Source: Auanema rhodensis (Eukaryota > Animalia > Nematoda). Taken from it: a stretch of DNA of 64,000 bases. Both the position numbers and the translations under genes were made by a program. A model generated the notes under the pieces. The model saw only the letters and a list, made by a program, of their open reading frames with translations, ran no database searches and was not told the DNA's origin. The number at the start of each line of letters is the position of its first letter. Positions within the stretch are counted from its first letter, which is position 1. The stretch spans positions 15,376,001 through 15,440,000 of the forward strand of contig OZ059897.1 of assembly GCA_964057225.1 (NCBI GenBank). The letters run 5' to 3'. Shown here in pieces: positions 1-18,800 of this stretch.

Positions 1-236
1 TTACTTCTGAAATAGAAAAATATATGATGAATCAATCATCATCATCAATATATTCTATGAATATATAGTAAAATATGTCAAATACAATTGCTTTATGAAT
101 CAAAGTTTCATAAAAATAAGAATAATATTATGAATATACATATATATGACGTGTAATATTTATTTATTTAAATTTAAAATATACATTATATGTTAATTAT
201 ATAGTATTTGCTTTTAGCAAATTATTATTTTTATTC

Positions 237-3170
237 TTAAATCGGCTCAAATTTGAATTGGCAGTCACCTTCTGGTAATAATAATGTTTCATATGTCTGA
301 GCAATTTGTCCTCGATTGTGGGAAATTCGGTAATTTTGTATTAATCTGGAAAGGACGATTTGCAAATCTTGTTCAGCAAATCGACGGCCTAGAATATAAA
401 ATATTTTGCAGAAAGAATTGACAATCGGGTTTTTGACTATGTTTTTTGTTTTGAATTATGTAAAGTGTTATAATTATCTTTTTTTCTACTAATTTTAGTT
501 AAAATCTATAACATACCAGCACACATTCTTGGCCCGATGCCAAATGGAAGTAATGCGTAAGGATGAACTGATTCATCTTTATTTTCACGAAGCCAACGTG
601 ATGGTTTATATAAATTAGGTTCAGTAAACAGTTTTTCTGATCTTTAAAATAAAAATGTTATATTGATTGAATAAGAAGAAAATTTCATATTACCTGGTTA
701 CTATATTAGTATTGATATCAAAAGGTGTTCCGGCTGGTATTAGATAATCTCCTATCACAACATCTTTCTGTGGAATACGTGATATCTAAATGAATGTTTA
801 TTTATTATCAATGATTCATGAACTAATTTAATTTACTTCTGTACCAATTGGGTAAAGACGAAATGTTTCTTTGATTGCAGCTTTGAGTAAATTCATTTTA
901 TTACGTTTAGCCATTACCAATTCTAATTTTCAAAATATATTTTATATAATAATAATAAATTAAATTATTTAAAACCTTCTCCATTTTTAGAAACTGAATT
1001 GACTTCATTGCGAATTTCTTCTTGAATATCTGGATGTTTAGCCAAATTATAAAGATTATAAATGAGCATTGGAGCAGTCTAGAATATTTTCAAATTTATA
1101 ATAATTTATTTCTTTTTTTAAAATTATATATACCGTACTTAAACCATCTGAAAATAAACTAAGCATGATTATTTGTACATCTTTTTCAGTTAAAGTCTAA
1201 ATATGATTGATATAAATTAAATATATATTCATAATACCTCTTGACTAATCAATTCTCCAACTAACATTTTTTTTGATCCAGTTGTCTTATTATCTCTTAT
1301 TTCAGATATAGCTCTTTTCATTAAAGTTTGTGCTTCACTAAAATATTATAAATCTAATATATATATATATATAATATTATATTAATTTATATTCTTTTTT
1401 GAATTTATACTTCTTACTTACGTATAGAATTCGTCTTCCAATTCTACTAACTTTCTCCATTTTCCTTTTGGCATATATTGAACGATTGGCAGTGCAAATT
1501 TCAAACTAAAACAAAGTACATTCACTTAACTTCCCCCAAATATTATATTTCTAGAATAGATTCATACTCTGCCGATAATTTGAATATCTCGTGATTCAGA
1601 CCAGTCAGGTAGTCAGCCCATTGTACATTCTCATTGAGAGCGCCCAATCGTCTTTCGAAAACGATGAGCCCTGCCGATTCCAGTGACCATCTGAAATACA
1701 ATCATAACATTATTCATCATTTCCTTTTGAAAATATCCGTAAAGTTGATAAAAGTTCAAGAAAAAATGAATTATTTAAAAGGTAATTCATGTTATTTTGT
1801 TTTTTTAACTTCCATCGACATTCCAAAATAGTCTGGGTCAACGTTTCAGGAAGTAAAATAGTCAAATTTACATCCATTCAATTTCTGCCACTGCATAATC
1901 AATGATGAACAAATTTTTTTGCCCAAGTTTCAATCCTATTCTTTCTCTAGTCGCCATTTTTTCCTCGTTGTCGAATGATCGTCAGTCAAGATTTATCATT
2001 GTTGCTGAGCTGACGTCACATTGTTGAAGAGACTTGTATCTTGTCTTTCTCTAACGACAAATGACGGAACCAAGGAGTCGACCAATACGATAGAATCACA
2101 TTGTCTTCATATTTCATTGTGTGGAAAATATTTTTCAAACGAAAAAATCAAATGATTTTAACGTACCGTCCAGCAATTTTGCGCATGTCCACTTCATTTT
2201 CACTATTTTGGTTGTTCTTGATATGATCAACGAGATGATGAGCAACCTGTTCCACAAAGGGCACATATCTAAACAAGTTTTTTTTTTTTCAAAAAAAATT
2301 AACTCTAGAAAGTAAGACTTATTGAACCTGAAACTTGGTTACGTCAAAAAAAGTCGAATTGACTCTTGAACAAATTGATCACATACTTTGCCATGCCTTG
2401 AGGCTTCATAAGAATCTGTGATGCAGCTGACCGTAATCTATACCATTCTTCTCCATTTCTATAATAATAGAATAGAGAATTTTATAAAAAATATCTTTTT
2501 AATGATATCTACTTATCATACTGTATCATTTAGCATATCATGTGTATTAAAGATTATGTGCACAAAACTTTCTGAATTTCTCAATCAAAATGTTTCACTC
2601 AGCACTATTACATAATTCGATTTCAATTTTTTTCGAAACGAAATCGACCTACAAATTTCCTAAACCTGGATTCATGCCACGCATCGTACGATAAGTTTTC
2701 GTAGCCTCTTGCAAAGGAACGATATGTGGCTGATTACCATCCGTCCGAAAAATTTTTTCAGCATATTCTGAATTATTACACTTTTGAATATTCATATACA
2801 TGCGCACATGATAGAAGGTAGACCAAAAACTTGACCAACCAGGACTGAATACGTGTATGACCGGTTTTTTGTTAAATGCAAACTCTTCTTTGACAATATC
2901 TCCATATTTGCTATGTAATTCCAAAAGATACTGGAAATACTCACGAACAGCATATCCTGTAAATTACCAATTTGTTCTTATCTCATTAGTTTGCATGTTC
3001 CAAAATAGCTTCGACTCACGCTTTCGACCAAAAACTGAACTGCGTGACGGCCCTGGTATATCATTAACAGATTTTAGTTTTAGTGATGATGTCGTATCAG
3101 CAATCTGCCCTCTATACGGACACGATCCGACAGATGTAGCCATTTTCCGGGCCCACAAATAGGTCGGCAT
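237..3170 (-). CDS. cyp-44A1: Mitochondrial-clan cytochrome P450 (CYP44A1-like), multi-exon
   Basis: Spliced translation gives a basic presequence-like N-terminus, [23 protein letters not shown], the I-helix DGLSTTA, the K-helix KETFR, PSRW and the heme motif [10 protein letters not shown] (~515-560). TAA stop at 237-239. Confidence 0.88.
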
Positions 3171-4124
3171 GGTTCTGGAGCAATATGATGAAAAATAAAT
3201 GAAGCAGATGAGATGTTTTAGTTCAGAGAAAGATGAATAGCTGACACACTAATATTTTGGAAAATATTAAAATTTGAATTCAATGAAAGAACATACAAAT
3301 GATGAAATAACAAAAGAATCTGACAATTTTAGAAAGTTATTTTACTCTAATAATCCTAAGAAAACTAAAAGATATGTAATCGATTCAATAACATCCTGTT
3401 CCCATTTTATTTTTATTGATTAGCACAGTACAATGAATAGCCTTCTCGATAAGGCCATATCATAAGTTATCTAATAAACATCTATTATTGTATTTTTGTA
3501 ATTTTAATTTTATATTTTTCTTGTATTATTCATAAATTCTTTTTTTTTCATTTCCCTCATTCTTCAAACTCAATAGTTAAGTGTTGTTTACCAATAGAAT
3601 TGGCTGACTAAGAAAATCTTTAGTCGACGTGGTCAAAGTAAGAAGCTGACATAGGAAATATGGCTGACTGATAGAGGAAAAAGCGGGAATTGAGAAAAAA
3701 AGTGAGTGAAACAAGAGAGATAAAGAGAGAAGAGAAGAGAAAATTGAGAAATAATGTGATGATGTAGTTGAAATGAGAGGAAAAAGAATGTATAGCTCTC
3801 TTGAAGTATAAGAGATATATAGATCAATTGAAAGAAGTATGAGAGAGAAAAGAGATAAAAGATATAGCAAGAGATTTATTTGAAAGACAGAAGAAATAAG
3901 AGAGACAAAAGATGTGTAAAGATTAAGTATATAGTACAGGAATGAAAAGTAAAGTGAAAAGTTGAAGTAAAAAATAAAATTTTTCAAAGCTTTCATACTT
4001 CGCTTCATATTGAAATGAAGTATCCCCGAATTGAGGGTCGCGGAACTAATCTCAGTATTGTTTTTGCCTTTTTAACTTCTTATATCAAACAATGAGCATT
4101 TTGCTATGATCAGACACTTTTTCT

Positions 4125-4131
<7 letters not shown>

Positions 4132-4196
<65 letters not shown>
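4132..4196. repeat. (TC)n/(GA)n microsatellite
   Basis: Perfect dinucleotide run of about 65 nt. It explains the spurious (RE)n ORF in the track. Confidence 0.97.
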
Positions 4197-4200
<4 letters not shown>

Positions 4201-4422
4201 CATTAGTGAGTTTATTGCCAGATAGAAAGAGATAAGGAATTTTAAAAATATAATTTATTTCGAAGAACATAGCAATGGCTTATAACTTAAACTATTGAAA
4301 GTTGATATTAACTTTTAGTTTTTTTAAAACATAAATTCACATTTAATTGAAAGAACTTTTAACAGATGCGAGAAAGTACGATGTCCGTGACAGTGGTGGG
4401 TTGTGTGGAATTGATACAAGAT

Positions 4423-4884
4423 TTACTTTCCCAACAATCCAAAGCGTCCAAAGTTTGAAAATCCACCAATGTTCAGATTGCTAGACAATCCCCAACTGCT
4501 TCCTCTGTACCCACCATATGGTAGACCTAAAATTCTTCATAAACAAGATCACGAAGACAGTAACAGTTGGTACCTAACATGGGATATCCTCCATATCCTC
4601 CATATCCGCCATAACCACCATAGCCGCCGGGATATCCTCCATAGCCACCCGGATATCCATATCCTCCAAAACCACCTGGATAACCGTAACCATATCCATA
4701 ATGACGTCTTGCTCTACTATAAAAGTCTTTGTATAAGATTGAGTTATGGAAAAAAGAAAAGTTACATGTGGGGAACGTTGGAATCTTCTTGAACATTATT
4801 ATGATCTCTAGTCAGTTGATGATCATCTTCAGCCAAAGCAAAACATACAACGAATAAGAACAGAACGGCAATCTTGAGATACAT
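4423..4884 (-). CDS. Secreted Gly/Tyr-rich peptide precursor, caenacin/NLP-29-like antimicrobial peptide (3 exons)
   Basis: Signal peptide MYLKIAVLFLFVVCFALA, acidic pro-region, RARR convertase site, mature HYGYGYGYPGGFGG-(YGG/YPGG)n...FGRFGLLGK*. The C-terminal GK is an amidation signal. TATAAA lies on the minus strand at ~4952-4957. Confidence 0.85.
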
Positions 4885-5289
4885 TCTGAGAGAAACGAAG
4901 CCGAAATTATTAAATTTCTAATTGAGTTTGAAGTCACCTCATTCTCACATATTTATACTGCTAGAACTTGTTTTGCTATCATCATAAGGCCTTATTCGGC
5001 AAAAAGTATTTCCTCAATTCTCCCTTTAAACATTGAATGTAATAACTGAAATTCGCCAACTTCTAATTTTCTTAGTTATCTAGTAACTGAGGTACATTTC
5101 TAATTATAGATAGACTTTGCGAACATGTGAATCATTCGGCATACTCTGTGATAAAACAAAAAGGCGAAGTTACTCTTCCAACGATCAATGAAACATATTT
5201 TATATTTTGGCATTGTTCCCTTTCAACACAATAGAAAGGTTATATTGTTGAATATATACTTTTCTTTATTTCTTCTCTTCATTTCTCTC

Positions 5290-5470
5290 TTAACGTAAAT
5301 TGCGGACACATTTAATCACTCGCTCCGCACGTACTCCCCAGGCCTCCACAGCAACCAAGTTCAAGAAACGGATCATCGTACTACTACTACGACGGAAGGC
5401 CATATCTCCAGAGCGAAACAGCTGATCTCGATATGTGATAGTCGTTTCATTGTAGCAACTTCTTGTTAAC
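5290..5470 (-). ncRNA. Candidate structured RNA element downstream of cdc-48 (family unknown)
   Basis: GC-rich island with adjacent helices CAUAUC/GAUAUG, GCCUUC/GGAGGC, CGUCGUA/UACGAUG and UGCGGA/UCCGCA. G.U pairs favour the minus strand. Confidence 0.4.
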
Positions 5471-5686
5471 AATAAAACATATTATAACAGTCAAAGAATT
5501 TATTTTACACATGCACACTACGTTACATTGAGATTTTCATGTGGGTGTGGAGATATATATAAGTTAGTTCATAAAAAAACCACCAAAAAGTAAAACCAGC
5601 ATGATAGGTCGTATCACACCCGGAATATGAATTGTGATTCGACAGAATATCAAATAAATAAAGTAGTATAGTTCACAGTAAATACA

Positions 5687-9156
<3,470 letters not shown>

Positions 9157-10281
9157 CGTCGATTACGGATCAACTATTCTAGAATTACTTTTGGATGATG
9201 ACAAAATACAGTGCGTTCGGATGTGGCGTGTTTTTTTGGAGTGTACGCGAGGTGAATAGGATTACGGTAGTTTTCGCAATAGGTCAGACCACTCCTATTT
9301 CTCTTCTGCTTGATGGCAGAGCGGCTGGTCCTTGTGTCCTCCAGGCAGTCGGTTCACTTGAAAATTATATCGTTATAATTATTTCTGATTTTTTTGCTGC
9401 CTTTATTTACTGATTGAGGTTTGATTTCTTTTTTTAGTTGCTGATATATACTGTTTAGTTACACTTATAATTATAAAGTTGTACCTATATATATTGCTAA
9501 TCCTATTTTTTCTTTCAAATGAAAACTCCATTTTTCTTTTTCTTTTTATTTTCAGCTTATTAAGATCATATAATTTTATATTTATGGATTGTCTCATGTA
9601 TAATGTTCATCTTCTTCTGCACTCATCTTGATAATACAAGATTTTATATTATCTTGGTTGCGAAATCGAAATTTGAAACGCATGTTTCTTCATTCAATTT
9701 TAATATTTCTCAACATTTTCACTAAATATTTTAATTTTCACGTAAGAATTTTATTACGATTGCAAAAACATCCACAATATAATTGTCACTGTTCATATTT
9801 TTACAAACCGATCTTTTTGTCACACTTTTTGTACCAAAGTTCAATGGGTAATGAAACCTGACAAATGATGTTAAGCTGCACTAGACCAAAGTGAGTGATA
9901 TCAAAGTCTCTAGACAACATTTGTCATTGGTACACTCGTGATGATCGTGTGATTGCGATAGCGCCAAGAAGTATTCAGCGCTCGGCAGAGTGAACCTGTT
10001 TGCTTAGTGTCCTTGGCACTAACCTAGCCTTCTACTATGACTTTCTTTTCTGAGACATTTCATCAAATGTAGGTTTGTACTTATTAACAAACACCAATAA
10101 TAACATGAACTCCAATAGTGTTTTCCAATTACTTGCGTACTACGATCTAATTTTTCTTCCTTGTCTTTTAAAAGGTCTAATTTTCCATTCCGTTCAGTAT
10201 ATATTTGCACGTTTTTTCATTTCAATCTGAATTTTTTGGCTGCCTAAATTTTCAGGAGTTATTCGTTTCTTAAAGCATGCA

Positions 10282-10413
10282 GAAGTTTCTAGAAGCTTTT
10301 ATTTTTTGAATATCCTCGTGTTTCGTGGCGGCATAGTGCGCCTCGGCCCCTTCGTTGTCTGGCTGTCTACTCTTTACTGGCTCTCTCCTCTGTTGATCGT
10401 TTCTCGAATTTTC
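10282..10413. promoter_or_regulatory. Two perfect three-unit heat-shock elements in the cdc-48/mnk-1 divergent intergenic region
   Basis: GAAgtTTCtaGAA at 10282-10294 and TTCtcGAAttTTC at 10401-10413. Confidence 0.55.
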
Positions 10414-11850
10414 TACCGCGCCGTTATGTCTTCTTTTGTCTTCCTTTTTAGAATCTTTTTTTTTTATTTCATCAACTTTTAATTTTCTTGCATGTCATTA
10501 CATAGTATGCTCTGTACTTATCTTTTATATGCCATGCGTTTACGTCTTCCAATGAACTCTTTCATCGTATCGTTTAAGGCTCTACCGTCAGAAACATCGT
10601 TCGGTCGTAACATCTCTTCTCACTGCGTAAACGCAGTGTCTCAACTTGTTCCTTACTGAAACCTTGCGAAAATTGCTCAAATTTCTTCCAAAATGTTCTA
10701 TCTCGACGAAGAAACAAATGGACACGACTTCGGTAGGTTTTATGTACACTACGCCTCTATGTCTCCTACCCATTTGATTTGAAAATGATAACTTCATTTT
10801 TCTTCTACTGATTATCAGTGGAACTCTCAAACTTCTTCCTGGCCCCAGCTAAACTTAGCCTGTTCTTTGCGCACAAAATAGGTTCGCGAATAATTGTTTG
10901 GAAAGTACCTATCATATGATTTTTAAATTCTAATGTAATAGATCAATATTTTTTCCTCAAAAATGACTGAAGATACATTGGTGAGGTGCCCTTGAACCAT
11001 CATTCATAATGCATCTTTCAAGTCTGACTGGGCGCGAGATAGCCCCGTGGTCGGTAGAGACGCAGAGCGCGGCTGTAGCACGTGATAGCGTTCAAATGGG
11101 CACATGTGATTCAAATTGTGTAAACTATAGTTGGGGAACCTTTGTAGTCACGTTGTTACGATGTATGAAAAAAGTTGAAACAACCATCCCGGTATAAATA
11201 AGGTTTAAATTGTCAAGGCACCCATTGGCTGTTCTTGTGTATCGGTATATCAATATGTTAGTATTTTTTTCTTTAATTTCAAATAGTAATAGTGATTAAT
11301 ACATATACATAAATATATATTTTATACACTAAAAAATAGATTACTAAATCCTTTTCACATCTTAATATATAATTTATATGACCGTGAAAGTCAGATCAAA
11401 TAAGAATTATCACAGTATTATCTAAAAGCCACCGACCATCAAAAAAAAAAAGCCACGCGTATTGCTTTTCTTGGTTTATTGCTCGTGAGCCAGATGACTA
11501 TTCTTTCGGTACCATGTCTGTCGCATCTTGTATCCCTTCTGATCGCTTTATTTATGGTCCACTATCGATCTGGGACAGCCATTGTATAAGGGGCGGGTGT
11601 GTTCGAATTTTCTACTCAACCGCGTCGCGCCTCACAGAACCAGCTGCGCGTGGCGTGTTTAGCCTGTCCCCTGCCCGTTCTCTGTCCGGCTGGTCCTCTG
11701 CTTGTTACCGTCATCATGCCTGTTTTAACAGCGAATGTGGTAGTTTGTAATTTTCCCGGATCAAAATTAAGAAAAAGAAGTATTAATCCTGATGATTTTG
11801 TTATCGACTTGTACTCATCGCTTATTCCAGAAGTCTCTTATCGGCATGTT

Positions 11851-14471
<2,621 letters not shown>

Positions 14472-15898
14472 AATTTAATCCGGTATTCAAATGGGTTTGC
14501 TGTTCTTCTTCTGTATATATAGCCGGTCCTCAATACTTGTCGATTTCTCGTTGGTGCAATCTCAGCCGGATTCGTCTCAGCCTTTGACCGGAGTCGAATC
14601 GAAGATTCCATCATTGTATATAGTCAGTCATCGGCTCTTGTATATAACATATATGTTATTGCCCTTTAATGCGTGTACAAAAGAAGTGCTGGTTTTCATT
14701 AGTGTCTTAGCGAAAGACGGTAATCCTCTCGGGCACGAATTCACATACTATATTTATCCATAACCATGTGAGGTTTGTCCCTAAAATAGCCTTGACTATT
14801 TCTCAGGAGTATAATCGCTGCATTTCCGTCTTGTAACTACCGCCCTACTGTTGTTATTTATACCTTGTTCTCGTTGTTAATCTAATATGAGTAATAAGCG
14901 AGTACAGCATAGCCACTGATATTTTAGTAGGCTCTGCTAAAACCGGGTTTTGTTGTTATCAGAGCGCAGGTTGCTGTATTTTTCTTAAAGTTTTGAGTTA
15001 TTCTGAGTTAACGTAAGTACAATAGCAACGTGCGTGGGCGTAGATAGTAAAGGTTTGAAGGCGTTATCTTAGTGAAAATGCACTGTTGTGCTATTATCAC
15101 AAAGATATTGGCCTATTTGTATATATTTAATTGTATATCTTTTTTTTTCTAATTGCACAGTTTCCATCTTAGTCAGTCTTCTCTGCCTCTTAATCTAGTT
15201 CGCTATTTGTGCACGAAAAAGTGATTGCCTTTTAGTTTATGTAGAATTGGTTTATGGTTTTTTTTGCGTAGCATCCGTAGTTTTTTAGTTAAAGTTCTTG
15301 CTCACAGCAGCGTGATCAAGGCCTCATAGGTTTTAGTAGTATTCTAAGCTAATTAATTAATTATTTGTTTGTAATTTAATAGTAATGGCCTTGATTACGT
15401 CGACCGTATTGTAGTTTAAAAAAATCAAAAAAAAAAATGTTTTTAAAGGGTCGGTGTTATTTCACTGATGGCTCCTTTCAATCAAGAACGGCAACCGTTC
15501 GTTTTGGGTCCAAGATCTTCCCATTGTAAACTAGGCAAATAATATCAGCCTTTTTGTTTTTGAAGGCTGTAAGATCAGTGGCCTCTGAGTGTTACTATAT
15601 ATTTTTATTTTTTTGCGCAGAAGGTGTGTTGTATCGACTGTGCGCTCTTCTAAGCTCTTGCTTGTTAATGGTGCATGATGTTTAAGACCTCTGATGTTCT
15701 CACTACATCGTCATATATTAATTTTTATATAGTGATGATGAATAAATCCGTGAATGAACAATTTATTTATATTTTTATTTGCTGTTATAGGTTATGAAAC
15801 AATATTTAGGAGATAATATATCTTAATTAAATATGAGAAGCACCAGTTGCAGTTTATATTATACAATGAGTACCGATCATGAGGTTCGCATTTATAAA

Positions 15899-18800
15899 TC
15901 AGAAAGCAATGATAATTGCTCCGATGACGTAGATGAAAAGAGTGATGAAGGAAGCTAGATTGTTCAGGGCTGTGTGAATTTGAAGCCAGTCCGCGGTAGC
16001 GTCCTGAAACAAACAAGCATTATTTGGCAACGGAAAACGATGGCTAACTCTCGAAGCCGACTGGCTCACAAATAGTTCTTGAAATTTCTAGATTTTCTTA
16101 CCTTAGATGATGTTCCATCCGTGACTGGCTCTTCCTCAGATCCACAACATAGATTGGCGTTCAAAACCGAGGCCAAAAGGGTGTAGCGGTGAGCTGCAGA
16201 AAAAGGTTCAACGTAGGTTAATCAAATAGGTCCATAAAGGATTGAAGAGGGTCGCTGACGGTTTGGTAAAGACGGTCAGATGAGAACAAGAAAAGGCTAT
16301 AAAAGAGTAAAACAAACCAGGTGGAACTATACGTTTGACACGACTCATGGCCGATATGATGACGGTCAATATGAGACTAATAACAGTTATGCATAAGGTA
16401 AAGGCATAGAAAACGTCTGTAATACATGATAGGTCAAGAGTCATATGCTTCCACCTGTTACGACAGATTGAGAAACTTACAAATCTTAGGAACAGTTGCT
16501 CCGAAGCCAACTTGGGGAGTTTTATCAGCTAGAAATTGGAACGACATAAACTGTAGCAACAAGGCGAACATCTTAACTTGAACCTAAAAATAAATATATA
16601 AATATTAGTAGATTAAACGTATTTGTTCAGCTTGATTAGATCGAAGGATAAAACATGCTGATCTTTTGAACTTCCTCGTTAATTTGTTATGTATTATTTG
16701 CCCACATGGCGTGGGTGATATAGCTGTTCTAATTGGTATTTTTTTACGTTTTCTGTCCTTTTTGTCATAAACTGTATGAAAGTCGACAAAAATAATACTT
16801 CTAATACGTATCTCATTTGTTATATGAAGATAACATATATGAAGAATTAATTGGAGGGTAGATAAAGCCATTAACAGTAATAATGTTGCAGTTGTTTTCC
16901 AATTGACAAGGTTTCAAGTTATGGCGAAATAGGGATTGCATCATCATTGTTTCTACATTTCTTCTTTCTTTCAAAACAGATCTGTGCAACTCTCGATCAC
17001 TTACAAGATGTAATTTGAATACATGTACTTGTATTGGAACACATAGCACAGGATATCGGGTCACATAATTGCGAGTCGTAAACCATATGGTTGCCTTTTT
17101 TCTAATTATGCTAGTTAATCTTGCACCGTCAGCAGTTAATTTTTGAGCCTATTCAGAAGGGGTTGTAAGAGAGCAGAGTTTACTGCAATCTAGTTGCTGT
17201 ATCTATTTGTATTTTCTTCAAAATAATATTTTTCTTTCTATCCTTTCCGTCCTTTATCCAACCACCCCATTCTTCACAACCGTTGTCAAAAAATGATCAA
17301 CACTTGCAATATCAGTCACATTTTGTATGACTTTTCATTGAGCAATTGTGGTAGAGTGGAAAAAAATTATATCAATACTGGGAAAGGCTGGTTGTTTGTG
17401 CTCATATGGATGTTATCTTCTCTTTTACCACATTTTTTTAGATCCACACTTATTATCATTCTATTATAAATTATTGTATTATAAATGTATATTTTTTTGT
17501 AAAAAAATATTATTGATCAAGTCAACATTTACTTACCTGCTGTTTGAATTTTCCGAAGAAGGGTGCAATGAGGAGAAGCAGAGCTGAAACAAGCACGGGG
17601 ACTGTTAACTCAATAGCCAAAGTAGTAGAGCGACGTCGAGCTGTTACGCATACTTCTAGAAGTTCAGCTCTGAAAAAAAGAAAATAATAGATACATAATA
17701 TTATAATTCTATATTGTGATAGTTAAAAAATTTTTGGTGAATATCCCAAATAATGTTATATGAAAACGATGAATACAAAAACAGAAAGTTCATAAACCAT
17801 AGTACGAATTAGTGAAACTGACTAACCTGCTATCACCATCCTCTGTATCTTTTCGAATCCATGAATTTTCAATGTACCAATTAGTCTTGATACCAGATAC
17901 ATCTAATGTTTCTGTAATTTAGAACAATGAAATGTATCAGATGATTTGAACCGAAAAAATGCAACCGCATCTCATTATAATTGTTCAGAAATTGATTTGA
18001 GCCTATTAATTAGAATACGCTAGAGACGATGATTACGTCAAGAATTAGCATAATTCCAACATTTCATAGAAAACCAATGACGGTTCGTGTCAGAAACAGG
18101 CCAAATAAAAAAAGGGATTTTCAATAATATTTTGTTAACCTTATAAACTAAATTATTACAGATATCTTAGATAAATTACCATTTTCGTGCTCGAGGAAAT
18201 ATTTGATGTATCGTTTGTATAAACTTGATTTTAAATTGAAACAACAATGCTTCTTATCGGATGGATATTCAGTGTAGTCGATATCACACTGTGCCTGAAT
18301 ACGGTATTCCAGTCTAGCTGTCACATTTCCATTATTATTCGATTGAATATTTTGGAAGGATACGTAATCTGAAGCCTGTGTAGCTGTTTGATGTCTGAAA
18401 GATGTGACATAATTAAATTATATACAATATTTTTGTGGATTTATAGATAACAATATCATATGCACATATAAGCATGTGAGTCATTCATTATAAGCACATT
18501 TTCTTTTAATAATTAAGAAGAACTGTAATCATTATAAGAAGTGTAAACGTGCTTATCTTGGTTTTGGTCATATTACATTTTGAAAAATATACTTCTCTGA
18601 TTGAATATCTGGTACCCAGAGACGGCCAAATGACTTTATATTTAGATTACTTGTTTTCCATTCATTTGAATCCCAACGTAATCGTCGATCCTTCCATGAC
18701 TGAAAAAAACACAATCAGGATACTTTAAGCTTCATGCTTCTCAGAGGAGTTTGTGACTCAAGCATTGGCTGCAAACGTGATTTTTCATGTTTATGTACAT

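Noticed and set aside
1-70. Short open frame (TSEIEKYMMNQSSSSIYSMNI*) that may be the end of an upstream plus-strand gene
   Set aside because: Too short and truncated by the window edge to call.
3577-4008. Hydrophobic Leu/Ser/Phe-rich ORFs here and at ~21042, 24499, 25901 and 34882
   Set aside because: Translations of CT/GA-rich low-complexity intergenic tracts with no supporting exon structure.
5330-5345. Minus-strand GCCTGGGGAGTACG resembles a conserved bacterial 16S rRNA segment
   Set aside because: The match is only about 14 nt and the flanks do not continue it. Not evidence of rRNA, contamination or HGT.
9280-9325. Two small hairpins upstream of cdc-48 resembling an SmY-type RNA
   Set aside because: No AAUUUUUG Sm site between the stems; more likely promoter sequence.
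10621-10638. Perfect hairpin CACTGCGT-AA-ACGCAGTG (another at ~26521-26545) as a possible Helitron 3' end
   Set aside because: No CTRR terminus at the expected spacing on either strand and no other transposon features.
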